DNA of 64,000 nucleotides from a virus (IMGVR_UViG_3300014205_000206:20059-84058); one strand, 5' to 3'; shown: positions 45,550 to 55,035, counted from the stretch's first letter. Program-made: numbers and translations. The notes: generated by a model from the letters alone, not told the origin.

Positions 45550-45814
45550 CTACATCGACATTCTCGAAGAACAGCTTGCAAGAGCGGAAGAAGAAATCGG
45601 GCTGCTGAAAATGGAAGCGGAGCACGACGGGATTCAGCGCGACCACGAGCTTGCAAACTTCATGGACTACGCTGGAAAGCAAAACAAGCTCATCACCGAC
45701 TTGCTTGAAGTTGTGAAGAGCTACGTCGACCACTTCGACAAGCATTCACACAACTACATGAGCGAAGAGTTGAACAAAATCACTCGCGACGCGAAAGGAG
45801 TTTTGGGAAGATGA
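45524..45814 (+). CDS. Coiled-coil hypothetical protein
   Basis: AAGGAG RBS. Confidence 0.6.
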   Translation: MSEQDEKASYIDILEEQLARAEEEIGLLKMEAEHDGIQRDHELANFMDYAGKQNKLITDLLEVVKSYVDHFDKHSHNYMSEELNKITRDAKGVLGR

Positions 45815-45923
45815 ACGAAGCGGTCACGCAGTTTCTAGCTGGAATCGGCTTGGGTGCTATATGGATCTGGCTCGGGGAACTGGGCAAAGGGCGCGGGCAC
45901 CGCAATCAAAACCGGTTGAAGCC

Positions 45924-46190
45924 ATGAGCAACACGCCGAAAGTTCGAAGATGTGACACGATCTTCGACGACGTAGTGATGATTCCGGGAAAGTTGATGCC
46001 GAGGGCGGTGCCATACGGCTTCGTTCACGACACCAAGACCTACTGGTCAAGCGACTACTGCGCGGACATCCTCTGGACGCTTTGTGGCGAAGAACTGCAA
46101 GGTGGAGACTGGTGGGGATGCGGAACGGCAGTCGAAGTGACATGCCCAAGGTGCATTGCTGTCGGGCGGAAAGGGAAGGAGAAAGCGTGA
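45924..46190 (+). CDS. Hypothetical protein
   Basis: TLCG...WGCG...VTCPRC. Confidence 0.55.
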   Translation: MSNTPKVRRCDTIFDDVVMIPGKLMPRAVPYGFVHDTKTYWSSDYCADILWTLCGEELQGGDWWGCGTAVEVTCPRCIAVGRKGKEKA

Positions 46191-46282
46191 CACTCGAAAC
46201 TGTCTACTACTTGTTTCTCGCATTCGTTTCTGGCTTCCTTCTGTGCGGACTTCTGTTTCTGATGGGAAAAGATCCGAAATGA
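46187..46282 (+). CDS. 31-aa membrane peptide
   Basis: AAGGAG RBS; YLFLAFVSGFLLCGLLFLM. Confidence 0.5.
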   Translation: MTLETVYYLFLAFVSGFLLCGLLFLMGKDPK

Positions 46283-46482
46283 GCACGCGACCACTGACGG
46301 TCAAGGAAGTCGAGATGCTCAACCGTCGCGGCGAAGCGATGAAGCGGCGCCATAGCCCAGAACGTGTAGAGCGGTTGGAAAACCTACTCCAACTGTTCGT
46401 CAACTACTTCAACGACGCGCCAAGCGAGCGTTGCGCTTGGGGTCCGTTGGTGCGAGCGGCGGAAGACGAGTTGGAATCGTGA
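46279..46482 (+). CDS. Hypothetical protein
   Basis: ATGA overlap. Confidence 0.55.
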   Translation: MSTRPLTVKEVEMLNRRGEAMKRRHSPERVERLENLLQLFVNYFNDAPSERCAWGPLVRAAEDELES

Positions 46483-46542
46483 GCTGATGAATAACCTGGA
46501 AGAACTTCGACATTCCATGAGTATCAAATAAAAGGAGAAAGC

Positions 46543-46863
46543 ATGCCAAAAGGAAATCAAGTTCCCGGTCTTCCGATCAACGACGAAGCGTCGCGGCAGT
46601 TCATTTGCGCTCATGTTTTCGACACGCTGGACACAGCGACTCGCAACATGAGCATCGAAGAAGCGGGGAAGTTGGGCGAGGCGCTGTGTGAAGAAATCGA
46701 TCACGTTGCTTCGATGATCGAGCGCGAGCGTAGATGGGTCAAGCTGGTAACGTTGCTCAGTAAGTTGGGGAATGGTGGAGCGCTGCCTACAACGCAGGAG
46801 TCACAAACGATCATTGCACTGTGGAAGCGACAAGGACTGGATGAATCGTTGCTTTCCAGCTAG
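46543..46863 (+). CDS. Hypothetical protein
   Basis: AAGGAG RBS. Confidence 0.65.
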   Translation: MPKGNQVPGLPINDEASRQFICAHVFDTLDTATRNMSIEEAGKLGEALCEEIDHVASMIERERRWVKLVTLLSKLGNGGALPTTQESQTIIALWKRQGLDESLLSS

Positions 46864-46948
46864 TTCCGACGTTTCAAGTAGGCGGCGATGCCACGCCGCC
46901 CTCTTCAAGCGCCGGAATGGTCCGGAGTTTGGTCGATGGAGGTTGCCG

Positions 46949-47146
46949 ATGAAGTCCAAGAAGCAGAAGCGGATCGAGGCGCTCGATAGGTGGCAGAAAC
47001 GCCTATTGAAGTGTACAGCGCTCGAATCCACGGATGGAAAGGGAACGATGTTCAACGGCGAGCAGTGGGGCCATTGGAAAAAGATCGCAACCGAGCAGAT
47101 CAAGCGGTTGCGCGAGATCCTTGGCGTCGCCGCAACGGAGGGCTGA
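46949..47146 (+). CDS. Hypothetical protein
   Basis: GGAGG RBS. Confidence 0.6.
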   Translation: MKSKKQKRIEALDRWQKRLLKCTALESTDGKGTMFNGEQWGHWKKIATEQIKRLREILGVAATEG

Positions 47147-47553
47147 TGAAAGCGAACACGGCATACAAGTTGGCCGACATGGATGGAGGAAGCAAAGCAT
47201 TCATCCACTACTCACTGGAGATAGCTGGGAAGCCGGACGCAGTTACCGCGTGCGGCATCCTCATCACTCCGAAGTGGCAAATCGACTTCAACGATATTGT
47301 CGTAACCTGCCCGAAGTGCCTCAAGTGGGGCGGCGTTGACGCCATCCAAGAATTGGATGCCAAGCACGAGAAAGGAACAGAAGAGTACAAGAACGAGATG
47401 ATCGAACGGTTGATCGAGGGAACCGAGATGTACATCGAAGGAATTGAAGCGGAAATTCAGGAAGATAAGGAAAACGTAGACTTTGACGCCTTGGACGAAA
47501 TCAAGTATTACAAAGAAGCCATCGACACGTTGAAGGAACTTCTCGTCGGATAA
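47146..47553 (+). CDS. Hypothetical protein
   Basis: TGATG overlap; TACG...VTCPKC; acidic C-terminus. Confidence 0.65.
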   Translation: MKANTAYKLADMDGGSKAFIHYSLEIAGKPDAVTACGILITPKWQIDFNDIVVTCPKCLKWGGVDAIQELDAKHEKGTEEYKNEMIERLIEGTEMYIEGIEAEIQEDKENVDFDALDEIKYYKEAIDTLKELLVG

Positions 47554-47620
47554 CCGCAGTAAAGTAGCGAACACAGCAGGAAGTCAAACCAAAACCAAGC
47601 AATCCAAACAAGGGGAATCA

Positions 47621-48157
47621 ATGAGCGCCAAGACCACCGCAAAGAAGTCCGTCAAGAAGTCCGTCAAGAAGTCCGTCGCCGTCCCGACCGCTTTGCAGCA
47701 GTTGCAGAAGAAGCTGGACGCCAGTGCTGGGGCCAATGGCGGAACACTTCATTGGAGCGAGGAGCTCCGCAAGCGGTTCAACTGGTGCAGCGTTCCGCAG
47801 TGGGTCAAGGAGCAGCGGTCGCTGGCAGTCGCGTGGAAGAACTGCGAGCGCACGGACTGGATGATGGAGATGCTGTACGGCCTCAAAAACGAGAGAAAGA
47901 ATTTCAACTACGTTCTCGATCAGGAGACGCGAGATCGCATGGAGTTCGAACTCCGATGGATGCGCGATGAGTTCGGCAAGCGGTTCAAGAGCCGTCACGA
48001 CGGCGGCGCTTCGAGCATCAGCGCAACGCACATGCGGAGCAGCGGCTCATACAAGCCGTGGACGACCGAAGAGCGCATGCAGATGACGGATTTCATCCGT
48101 TTCTACTTCCCGACTCCGGCGGTTCAGGTTCGGAAGTACGCCAAAGTTAAGAAGTAA
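47621..48157 (+). CDS. Hypothetical protein with KKSV x3 N-terminus
   Basis: AAGAAGTCCGTC x3 at 47642-47677; AAGGGG RBS. Confidence 0.7.
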   Translation: MSAKTTAKKSVKKSVKKSVAVPTALQQLQKKLDASAGANGGTLHWSEELRKRFNWCSVPQWVKEQRSLAVAWKNCERTDWMMEMLYGLKNERKNFNYVLDQETRDRMEFELRWMRDEFGKRFKSRHDGGASSISATHMRSSGSYKPWTTEERMQMTDFIRFYFPTPAVQVRKYAKVKK

Positions 48158-48273
48158 GTAGTAGTCGTCTCGGGAGGATTTTCCTCCCGTTTCGACTTCA
48201 GCGCCCTGGAGTATCGGCTAGGGCGTTGAAGTCGGAGCGGGAATTGTCTCGTGTTCGAGCCACAGGAGGGTAT

Positions 48274-50940
48274 ATGGCAAAGGTTGCAGCAAAAGCCAAA
48301 AAGCCAGTTGGGCCAACACCTGCCCAATTGGCAGCAGCGAAGCTGGCTGCTGGCAGCGGAGGGAATGTCCTCGAAGAGCTGATGAAGATCGTGGACAAAG
48401 AGCAGCAAGCCGAAATTGCTGTCCAGAAAGCAAAAGCAGAAAAGGCGTACCTGACCGACACTGGTGTGATGTTTCAGTACGCAGCTTCATACTGCTCGAA
48501 AGGAGAAATTTCGTACAAGTCGTACGCGCTTATCAAGGTTGAACTGGATAAGCTGAAAATTTACCTTCAGCATTTCTACAACGCTGAAGGGTCGGAGTCA
48601 TTGAAGTCTTTGGCTTCGAAGTTGGCGAAGGAGTGCAAAACTACTTTCTTCGCGTCTGACTATTACAACAAAGTAGGAGTTCCGTATCTGGAATTCGCAG
48701 CCGCCAAGTTCAACGAATTGGTTGATCTCGTTGCAAAGCCTGGTGGTTTGGATGGAAAAGCCACCACGGTAAATATCAACGCATTCGAAGCAAAGTCGAT
48801 TATGGGTACGGTTCTCAACTTGTACTCCGAAGGAAAGGCGAACAAAGCAGTAGAAAACGCTATTTCTGCAAATACTCAACCGAATGTAGAAGTAGTTGCC
48901 AAGGAAATGCCGAAAGAGAAGTTGAATGTATTTCCAGACCTTGCGGACAATCCGGCAACGCAAAAGCGGCACGGAATCGTTGCAATCTCTTCTCTGGAAG
49001 AAGTCCACAGAAGGTCGTTGCACAACGCTGTGCTAACGGCAGAAATCATCTGCACCTTGTCTCCTAAGCGGGGAGGGTTTGCAGAAAACAAAGCGTGGAT
49101 GGAACACAAGAAAGTAGTTCCGGATGAGTTCTTGCGGCTGTTCTTCAGGCCGTGCCCGAAGGTTCCTAGACACGGTTTTGTTGACTCAAGGGTGTGCGTC
49201 AACTGGGAGGAAGTCGAAGCGATCTACAACGAAACGATTGCAGCCGATCCGGAATCGGAAGTTATCGTCATGTACGAATTGGAAGCTCAAGCTAGCGCCG
49301 TAGCCACTTCGAATATGATCGTTGTTGGTCCGAGTAACGATGGAGCTACGGCTGGCAAGAACTCAATTGTCTACGATATCAAGTCGGCTGAAATTCCAAT
49401 TAGGATTCGAAGCGCTGCAAAGCTTACTAATGACCAAGAAGGCTACGTCGAAGCGGTATTCGACGGGAAGTGGAGCTACTTGGTGCAGCTTCGAGGCGGA
49501 CCCAAGGTTGGGTCGAATGCGAAGCGAGTATGTGCCAAGACTGTTGAGTCCGTCCGTCAAGTAGTTACTGCGGAAGGAGATGGACTCGAATGGGAATCCA
49601 AGATGCTCAGTCTTGGCAAATCGCACGAAGCCGCATCGGCTGTGGTGTGGCATCCGGGCGGAAGCATGCTGTCGCACTACGCAGTACATGCGCTGCTCAA
49701 CGGACTGGCCATATCATTCGAAGACGATCCACCGAAGATTGGGGATACGTTCGAAGGTGAGAAGCCTAACATGGAGTGGGATAGCGAGTCGTTCGCTCGC
49801 GGCGTCGTCATGGCGCTGTTGGACTCGAAAGCCGGAAGGTTGTCGGACGAGAAAGACCTTCGAGAAGCATTCGTGTTCGCGGCGACAGGAGTTCACTCGG
49901 CCACAAAGTTGATTAAGGGTGACTCGGCTGAGCTCCTTGGTGGCGCTTGCGCCACCCTGATGCTGCTATCGGCTGCGGCGTGTTGCGGAGAGTCGAGGCA
50001 TAACACGGCAGTCAGGAGCTTGTCAGGAATCAGCTCTGACAGGCACAAGGTTTTCGTCAGGGCGCTTTCGGACTACATGGGAGCAAGGGCGTTGCTGCGC
50101 CTTTCGCTGGAGTCATTTGCTGCCGATACGTGGGGATCTTCCTACGGGGGGCAGAAGTGGGCGATCTGCGCCGCAATGTGTATCGACCTTGAGCGTGTGC
50201 TGTTCGATATTATCAAGGGAGAAGGGAGCGTTGCCGAGGCCGTACAGTTGTCGCATCGGCTGCTAAATGCAGTTCACAATGGCGGAAAGCTGCTGAACAA
50301 GTTTGGTGACCCTTCGATTCTGGACTATGCAGCCCAAGGATCTCGGTCGTTCGCCGTGCACTCTGCGTTTCGTTGGTACGCCATCTCGCATGGCGTCAAA
50401 TCGCTTCCGCAAACGAAGATCTCCGAGATGAGAGCACGCATCATCTCTTCCGGCGATTTCGACAAGGGAGCATTCGAGTATTGGGATACCTCGTCTGGAA
50501 CTTTCGTCTTCACTGCGAAGTATGCGGATGGACCGAAGTACGACATGGTTGATGGACAAGCCCAAGTTCGGATCGTAGACGTATCGAGCAATCGCGTCAA
50601 GGTTCAGTATCACTTCAGAATTCAGCGACAAGGAGCGGGTTTGTCGGTTTCGAAGTCGAATTCTGATTTTTCGAAGTACAAGAACATCAGCAAGCATGAC
50701 GTATCTGACGATCAAGTGAATGAAAGCGGGTACGTTTCTTTGACTGTGTACAACAAAGAACTCGTTGATGTAATGTCCGCTTACGCAGAAAAGGTCGGAG
50801 GACTTGAGATGGCCACTTCAATGGCGTCAAGTTCAAGTGTGCTGTACGTCAAGGCGACGGCTGTAAAGCCGATTGGGTCGAATCCGAAGCATGGAGCGAT
50901 CATCTACTTTGGCGATACCGGAGTGGAGGTAAAGCCGTGA
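48274..50940 (+). CDS. PPDK/PEP-synthase-like ATP-grasp plus phospho-His swivel protein with novel C-terminal domain (888 aa)
   Basis: FFRPCP..PRHGFVDS, VEAVFDGKWSYLVQLRGGP (E...QxR), HPGGSMLSHYAVHA; no PEP-binding TIM-barrel motifs; GGAGG RBS. Confidence 0.75.
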   Translation: MAKVAAKAKKPVGPTPAQLAAAKLAAGSGGNVLEELMKIVDKEQQAEIAVQKAKAEKAYLTDTGVMFQYAASYCSKGEISYKSYALIKVELDKLKIYLQHFYNAEGSESLKSLASKLAKECKTTFFASDYYNKVGVPYLEFAAAKFNELVDLVAKPGGLDGKATTVNINAFEAKSIMGTVLNLYSEGKANKAVENAISANTQPNVEVVAKEMPKEKLNVFPDLADNPATQKRHGIVAISSLEEVHRRSLHNAVLTAEIICTLSPKRGGFAENKAWMEHKKVVPDEFLRLFFRPCPKVPRHGFVDSRVCVNWEEVEAIYNETIAADPESEVIVMYELEAQASAVATSNMIVVGPSNDGATAGKNSIVYDIKSAEIPIRIRSAAKLTNDQEGYVEAVFDGKWSYLVQLRGGPKVGSNAKRVCAKTVESVRQVVTAEGDGLEWESKMLSLGKSHEAASAVVWHPGGSMLSHYAVHALLNGLAISFEDDPPKIGDTFEGEKPNMEWDSESFARGVVMALLDSKAGRLSDEKDLREAFVFAATGVHSATKLIKGDSAELLGGACATLMLLSAAACCGESRHNTAVRSLSGISSDRHKVFVRALSDYMGARALLRLSLESFAADTWGSSYGGQKWAICAAMCIDLERVLFDIIKGEGSVAEAVQLSHRLLNAVHNGGKLLNKFGDPSILDYAAQGSRSFAVHSAFRWYAISHGVKSLPQTKISEMRARIISSGDFDKGAFEYWDTSSGTFVFTAKYADGPKYDMVDGQAQVRIVDVSSNRVKVQYHFRIQRQGAGLSVSKSNSDFSKYKNISKHDVSDDQVNESGYVSLTVYNKELVDVMSAYAEKVGGLEMATSMASSSSVLYVKATAVKPIGSNPKHGAIIYFGDTGVEVKP

Positions 50941-52259
50941 AGGGTAATTTCGAATGCGTAAGCGAATCGACTCCGCAGTTCGTGCGCCGATGCTCAAGCT
51001 TCCAAGGATCATATAGCGGCTTCGGTAAAGTCCACGCAACCAGAAACGGCAAGTCTACGATCTGCGGCAAGTTTATGGAAAACGAATGGATGCTGTACGA
51101 CGAACTTCTTAAGGCGCTTGATGCTCAAGGCTCGTACTCTAGCCTTCCGGTGTTCTGTGAAGTGTGTCGTACTACCAAAAACGCAGTCAATCCAAGCACA
51201 GTACAGGAGGCTGAAGTGGGAAAAAAGAAAACTGACCATCAAAAGGACCTGTTGCCAATGTGGGATGGAAAAGCGAAGGGGACGACTTCTGGTTCTGGAT
51301 ATATGTCCGGGGGCGGAAGCTACGGGCAAGCGGGGTTCGTGTACGGAGCGAACACTTGCGTCCACAACGGAACCAAGGTGATGTGCATACTTGAGCGAGG
51401 CATCAACCTTGCCGGGTCGAAGGGTGCTGATGTCGAGTACGAAGCTGCGGACGTTGTCATCGACTGCGCCGGAATCACGAAGAAGGATTTCAACAATCCT
51501 GTCGGTAGCCTGCTGTCTGGAACAACGAGGCTTGTTGATGCCGTAAAAGAGTCGATCACGCACCCCGACACTTTGTTCATCGACTGGCCGGACATGAAGA
51601 CTCCGAAAGTTGGCCCGAAGTTTTGGGTCATGCTGTTGAAGGCGATTCCCGACAATTCGAGGGTGGTTGTCTGCTGCATGGGAAGCCACGGACGGACGGG
51701 CACGGCGATGGCTTGCTTGATCGCCGCGAACGGATTGACGCTCGGGAAAGAAAATGTCCCGGACGCTGTTGACATTATCAAGTTCGTGCGAAAGAATCAT
51801 TGTTCAAAGGCGGTTGAAACGCAGTCTCAGGAGGATTACGTAGCCAAGATCGTCGCAAACCTCAAAGACCCAGGCAATCCGGAAGAAGTGAAGCGCCAGT
51901 GGGCGCTGAACGACGCCGCCTTCAAGAAGGCCGAGGTTGCAACGATTGTTTACCCAAAAGCCGAAACGCAGGGAAAGCAGGAAAGCAACGCAACAAGCAA
52001 AAACAGCGAAACCAAGGATGCAAGTCAGGTCACAAGTCCGGCGGACGAAAGCGGTGAAGACATCATGTTCGTCGATGCAGCCGGAAACGTCGTCAGCGAA
52101 AGCGGAGACGTTGTTTTCGAAAAGGGTAAGCTGAGCGCCGAAGAGCGCGAGTGGTCGAAAGAACTGCCGACTTGGTCTGAGTACATTCAGCAGCGGTACG
52201 AGACGGGCAAGGAAGTCGCTTCGAACAACAACCATGAAGGAGGTAAGAATGGGAACTGA
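50937..52259 (+). CDS. CX5R protein-tyrosine/dual-specificity phosphatase-like protein
   Basis: IDWPDMKTP (general-acid loop), VCCMGSHGRTGT, VRKNHCSKAVETQSQ. Confidence 0.85.
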   Translation: MKGNFECVSESTPQFVRRCSSFQGSYSGFGKVHATRNGKSTICGKFMENEWMLYDELLKALDAQGSYSSLPVFCEVCRTTKNAVNPSTVQEAEVGKKKTDHQKDLLPMWDGKAKGTTSGSGYMSGGGSYGQAGFVYGANTCVHNGTKVMCILERGINLAGSKGADVEYEAADVVIDCAGITKKDFNNPVGSLLSGTTRLVDAVKESITHPDTLFIDWPDMKTPKVGPKFWVMLLKAIPDNSRVVVCCMGSHGRTGTAMACLIAANGLTLGKENVPDAVDIIKFVRKNHCSKAVETQSQEDYVAKIVANLKDPGNPEEVKRQWALNDAAFKKAEVATIVYPKAETQGKQESNATSKNSETKDASQVTSPADESGEDIMFVDAAGNVVSESGDVVFEKGKLSAEEREWSKELPTWSEYIQQRYETGKEVASNNNHEGGKNGN

Positions 52260-52779
52260 CGACAACAGCGGAAAACCGCTGTGGACACCGCAAGTGCTTA
52301 GCGGTGGGAACGAGAAAGTCAAGCAGGAAAGCAAGCCAAGCGCGGGGTCGAGGTTGATGTGGCATCTCAATGAAAATGCCAAAGAAACCGACACCGAGTT
52401 CGACATCCTGACCGGTCAAGGTGAGGTGAAGTTCAAGGTAATCGGGAAATACGAAGATGCAGGTGCCGTCATCGACGCATTCCGCTTGAGGGAAAAGATC
52501 GAACGGAATGCGATGCGACTCTTCCTTGAAACGGCAAAGAAGAAAGGAGCTGACTTCACGAAAGATCCGACACTTTCGTCCTATAACGATGCAGAGTCAG
52601 ACAAGTTGAAGTTGTTCAATTCATGGCTCACCATGCTCGGGCTTGCACTGGTGACTTCAGGTTGTCGCCCGTGGGACGGCAAGGTTGGCAACGACGATGA
52701 AGCGGCACAAGATGGGACGGCCGCTTTCTCGATTGTCAAGGATGACGGAGGCGTCGGTGGTGACTCCACGAGTAATTAA
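52249..52779 (+). CDS. Hypothetical protein
   Basis: GGAGG RBS. Confidence 0.65.
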   Translation: MGTDDNSGKPLWTPQVLSGGNEKVKQESKPSAGSRLMWHLNENAKETDTEFDILTGQGEVKFKVIGKYEDAGAVIDAFRLREKIERNAMRLFLETAKKKGADFTKDPTLSSYNDAESDKLKLFNSWLTMLGLALVTSGCRPWDGKVGNDDEAAQDGTAAFSIVKDDGGVGGDSTSN

Positions 52780-53146
52780 CGTAGAGCGTGATACGCGGTG
52801 GAGGCAATCCGCTCCACTTAACGTGATCGCAGCCATAGACGTTGACGGATGGAAGGAAGTTCAAATCAACGATACCGGAGCCTTCTACGGCAAGCCGCCA
52901 AAAGGTGGACCGCTTCGTCCGATTGTGCAGTTCGACCGAGACATCGTTCGGGCCACACACTTAGCTAGGAAGGCGAGCAGGCTGGCGGACGCCGATGTCG
53001 TGGTGACGCTTACTCCGAAGGGAGTGTTCGTAGAAGCGTTTTCTAGAGACGACGTAGAAGAAGAACTGTTTTACGAAACAGCAGAGCGAACGGATTCATT
53101 GGCACACTTGCTTACAAAGTGCGCTGTCAAGTTGATTAACGATTAG
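52757..53146 (+). CDS. Hypothetical protein
   Basis: GGAGG RBS, GTG start. Confidence 0.6.
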   Translation: MVTPRVINVERDTRWRQSAPLNVIAAIDVDGWKEVQINDTGAFYGKPPKGGPLRPIVQFDRDIVRATHLARKASRLADADVVVTLTPKGVFVEAFSRDDVEEELFYETAERTDSLAHLLTKCAVKLIND

Positions 53147-53196
53147 TTCTTGCCTCGCGGAATGATCCGCGTTGCATTGCAATAAAGGGGAAACAA

Positions 53197-53445
53197 ATGA
53201 GCAAGAAGGAAAAGGTTGAGGGCGCGGTTGACAATTCGCTTCGTCGTGGTCTTCAGATCGATCTGTCCGACTCCACGTTGGCCTCCATCGAGGCGGCGTC
53301 CACGAAGTTCGGTGGGTTCGGCCTGACGAAGGCGAAGGCTCGCCAGCTCGTCGCGGCCCGAGTCTCGGAGTTGGCAAAGGATGTCTCCGCCATCGAGCTG
53401 TTCGCGGCGGAAGTCGAAGCGTCGCTCGAAGCGCTGAAGTCGTAA
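53197..53445 (+). CDS. Hypothetical protein
   Basis: AAGGGG RBS. Confidence 0.7.
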   Translation: MSKKEKVEGAVDNSLRRGLQIDLSDSTLASIEAASTKFGGFGLTKAKARQLVAARVSELAKDVSAIELFAAEVEASLEALKS

Positions 53446-53520
53446 GGTAGTTGCTTGAACATCGAGTCCTACCTTCACGGGTAGGGCTCCTTGTTGAAGC
53501 ACCAACCAAAAGGGGGAGCG

Positions 53521-53826
53521 ATGAAGTTTACAGACAAGGAAGTTATCGCGATATTTAAAAAGGTTTGGGAAAAGGTTGAAAACAGCTACGGCGAAGGGCC
53601 GAAGATCGATATCATCTACAACAGCGAAAGCAAAATCCGGGTGCAACTTACGAGTATGTATTGTCCTCCAGGCTTGACGTTTGCCCAGTTGATGCTATTG
53701 TCCGAAGCCTTCGGGACGAAGCAAATCGATGCCGGGGAAAAGATTGACGAGTCGGGTTGCGAAAGTTGCGACTACGGTTCGTGCTACGGATTCATCGTCG
53801 ATATCAAGCCGGAGCCGCTCGGTTAA
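53521..53826 (+). CDS. Hypothetical protein (GCESCDYG)
   Basis: GGGGAG RBS. Confidence 0.65.
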   Translation: MKFTDKEVIAIFKKVWEKVENSYGEGPKIDIIYNSESKIRVQLTSMYCPPGLTFAQLMLLSEAFGTKQIDAGEKIDESGCESCDYGSCYGFIVDIKPEPLG

Positions 53827-53887
53827 AAAAGCCCATCGTGGGCGAAGCGGAACAAGCAGCAAACCAATGCAGTAAAAGGAGCAAGTG

Positions 53888-54259
53888 ATGCGCGACTGGA
53901 AGCAGATTGAAATCAACCAAGATTCTATCGTTGGGCTGGAGCGTAAGTTCCACCGTGGTTGCGGCAGGAAGAACATGTCCGCCAAGGAACGCAAGAAGTT
54001 CATCATCATGTCCGTCAAGTACCGCACGGATGGATACACCACTCTGACAGAGGTCTTCGTGAAGGAGTATGACGCCATCGATGGCAATCCCATCGAAGCG
54101 ACCGGCTACGGAGCCGCCGTTCGGTCTATCACGGACAAGTTCAACGAGCAGCGTGGTATCAGCGAGTCGCTGAATCGTGCGTTCGAAGGCGCAGCCACGG
54201 TTCTTCGCCACAAGCTGATTAACCGAGCCAGCCGTCGTCGTGATATTCGTCTTCGGTAG
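53888..54259 (+). CDS. Hypothetical protein
   Basis: AAGGAG RBS. Confidence 0.65.
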   Translation: MRDWKQIEINQDSIVGLERKFHRGCGRKNMSAKERKKFIIMSVKYRTDGYTTLTEVFVKEYDAIDGNPIEATGYGAAVRSITDKFNEQRGISESLNRAFEGAATVLRHKLINRASRRRDIRLR

Positions 54260-54602
54260 TAACAGGCAGGGCAGGCATGGCAAAGGAGCCGCCTTGACGG
54301 CTGTGCAGAAATATGGCGCTATCTATGGCCAAGCGAAAGGTCGTCAAGGCGACTCCTACGCCATCGTCACCAAAGAACTTCGGAATGGTTACCAGCCGGT
54401 AACGTTGGAAGAGGTTCAGTCACAGATCCGTAAGTTTCTTCTGTACGCAGAAGAAAACGAAGACCAAACGTTCTTGGTCACTAAGGTTGGATGCGGATTG
54501 GCTGGCTTCGACGAAGTTGACATCAAAAAAGAGTTCGTCGGAGCGCCGTCCAACTGCATCCTTCCAGATGGGTGGAGGGAGCAAAATGCCATGGATCGCT
54601 AA
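54240..54602 (+). CDS. Macrodomain-like phage protein (A1S_2505-like)
   Basis: IFVFGSNRQGRHGKGAA, SYAIVTK, FLVTKVGCGLAGF. Confidence 0.75.
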   Translation: MIFVFGSNRQGRHGKGAALTAVQKYGAIYGQAKGRQGDSYAIVTKELRNGYQPVTLEEVQSQIRKFLLYAEENEDQTFLVTKVGCGLAGFDEVDIKKEFVGAPSNCILPDGWREQNAMDR

Positions 54603-55035
54603 CGTAAGCGAAACGCACGCTTCGGGCATCCTTAATCCGAGCGACATGGTTTGCATATCGATTACGAATCCCGGAAGAATTGCATCTTTGCCGGACTTCA
54701 AAGATTTGATGCGAGTCCAGTTTCACGACTATGACGGGGAGCGCGAGTATCCATCGGACGCCGTTCTGTTTGGCGTACATGAGTCAATTCGGATCGCGTC
54801 TTTTGCAAAATGGCACAGGCATTATCAGTGCAACATACTAGTCCACTGCGCTGCCGGCGTCTCCAGAAGCGGAGCCGTAGTCGAAGCGTTGCTGGAAGCG
54901 TTTCCGGAGTACGAAGATGCCGGTTTGATTCGGCATCCGAATGGTCGAGTCAAGTCGCTAATGAAGCGTGCGCTCGGATTGGTTCCAATCGGAGCGGAAA
55001 GGGAAGCGGATGGGCCGTCCGAAAAAGCCGGTTGA
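54586..55035 (+). CDS. Second CX5R phosphatase-like protein
   Basis: CISIT...QFHD...ILVHCAAGVSRSGAV...PN; start ATG 54586 after GGAGG. Confidence 0.85.
   Translation: MPWIANVSETHASGILNPSDMVCISITNPGRIASLPDFKDLMRVQFHDYDGEREYPSDAVLFGVHESIRIASFAKWHRHYQCNILVHCAAGVSRSGAVVEALLEAFPEYEDAGLIRHPNGRVKSLMKRALGLVPIGAEREADGPSEKAG

Noticed and set aside
32404-47677. Tandem repeats at 32404, 40305, 47642 (also 9463, 29797) as possible CRISPR arrays
   Set aside because: In-frame coding repeats without unique spacers.
48274-50940. Annotation as canonical pyruvate phosphate dikinase
   Set aside because: No PEP/pyruvate TIM-barrel motifs (GTNDL-type) and no regulatory Thr before the His; only the ATP-grasp and swivel match.
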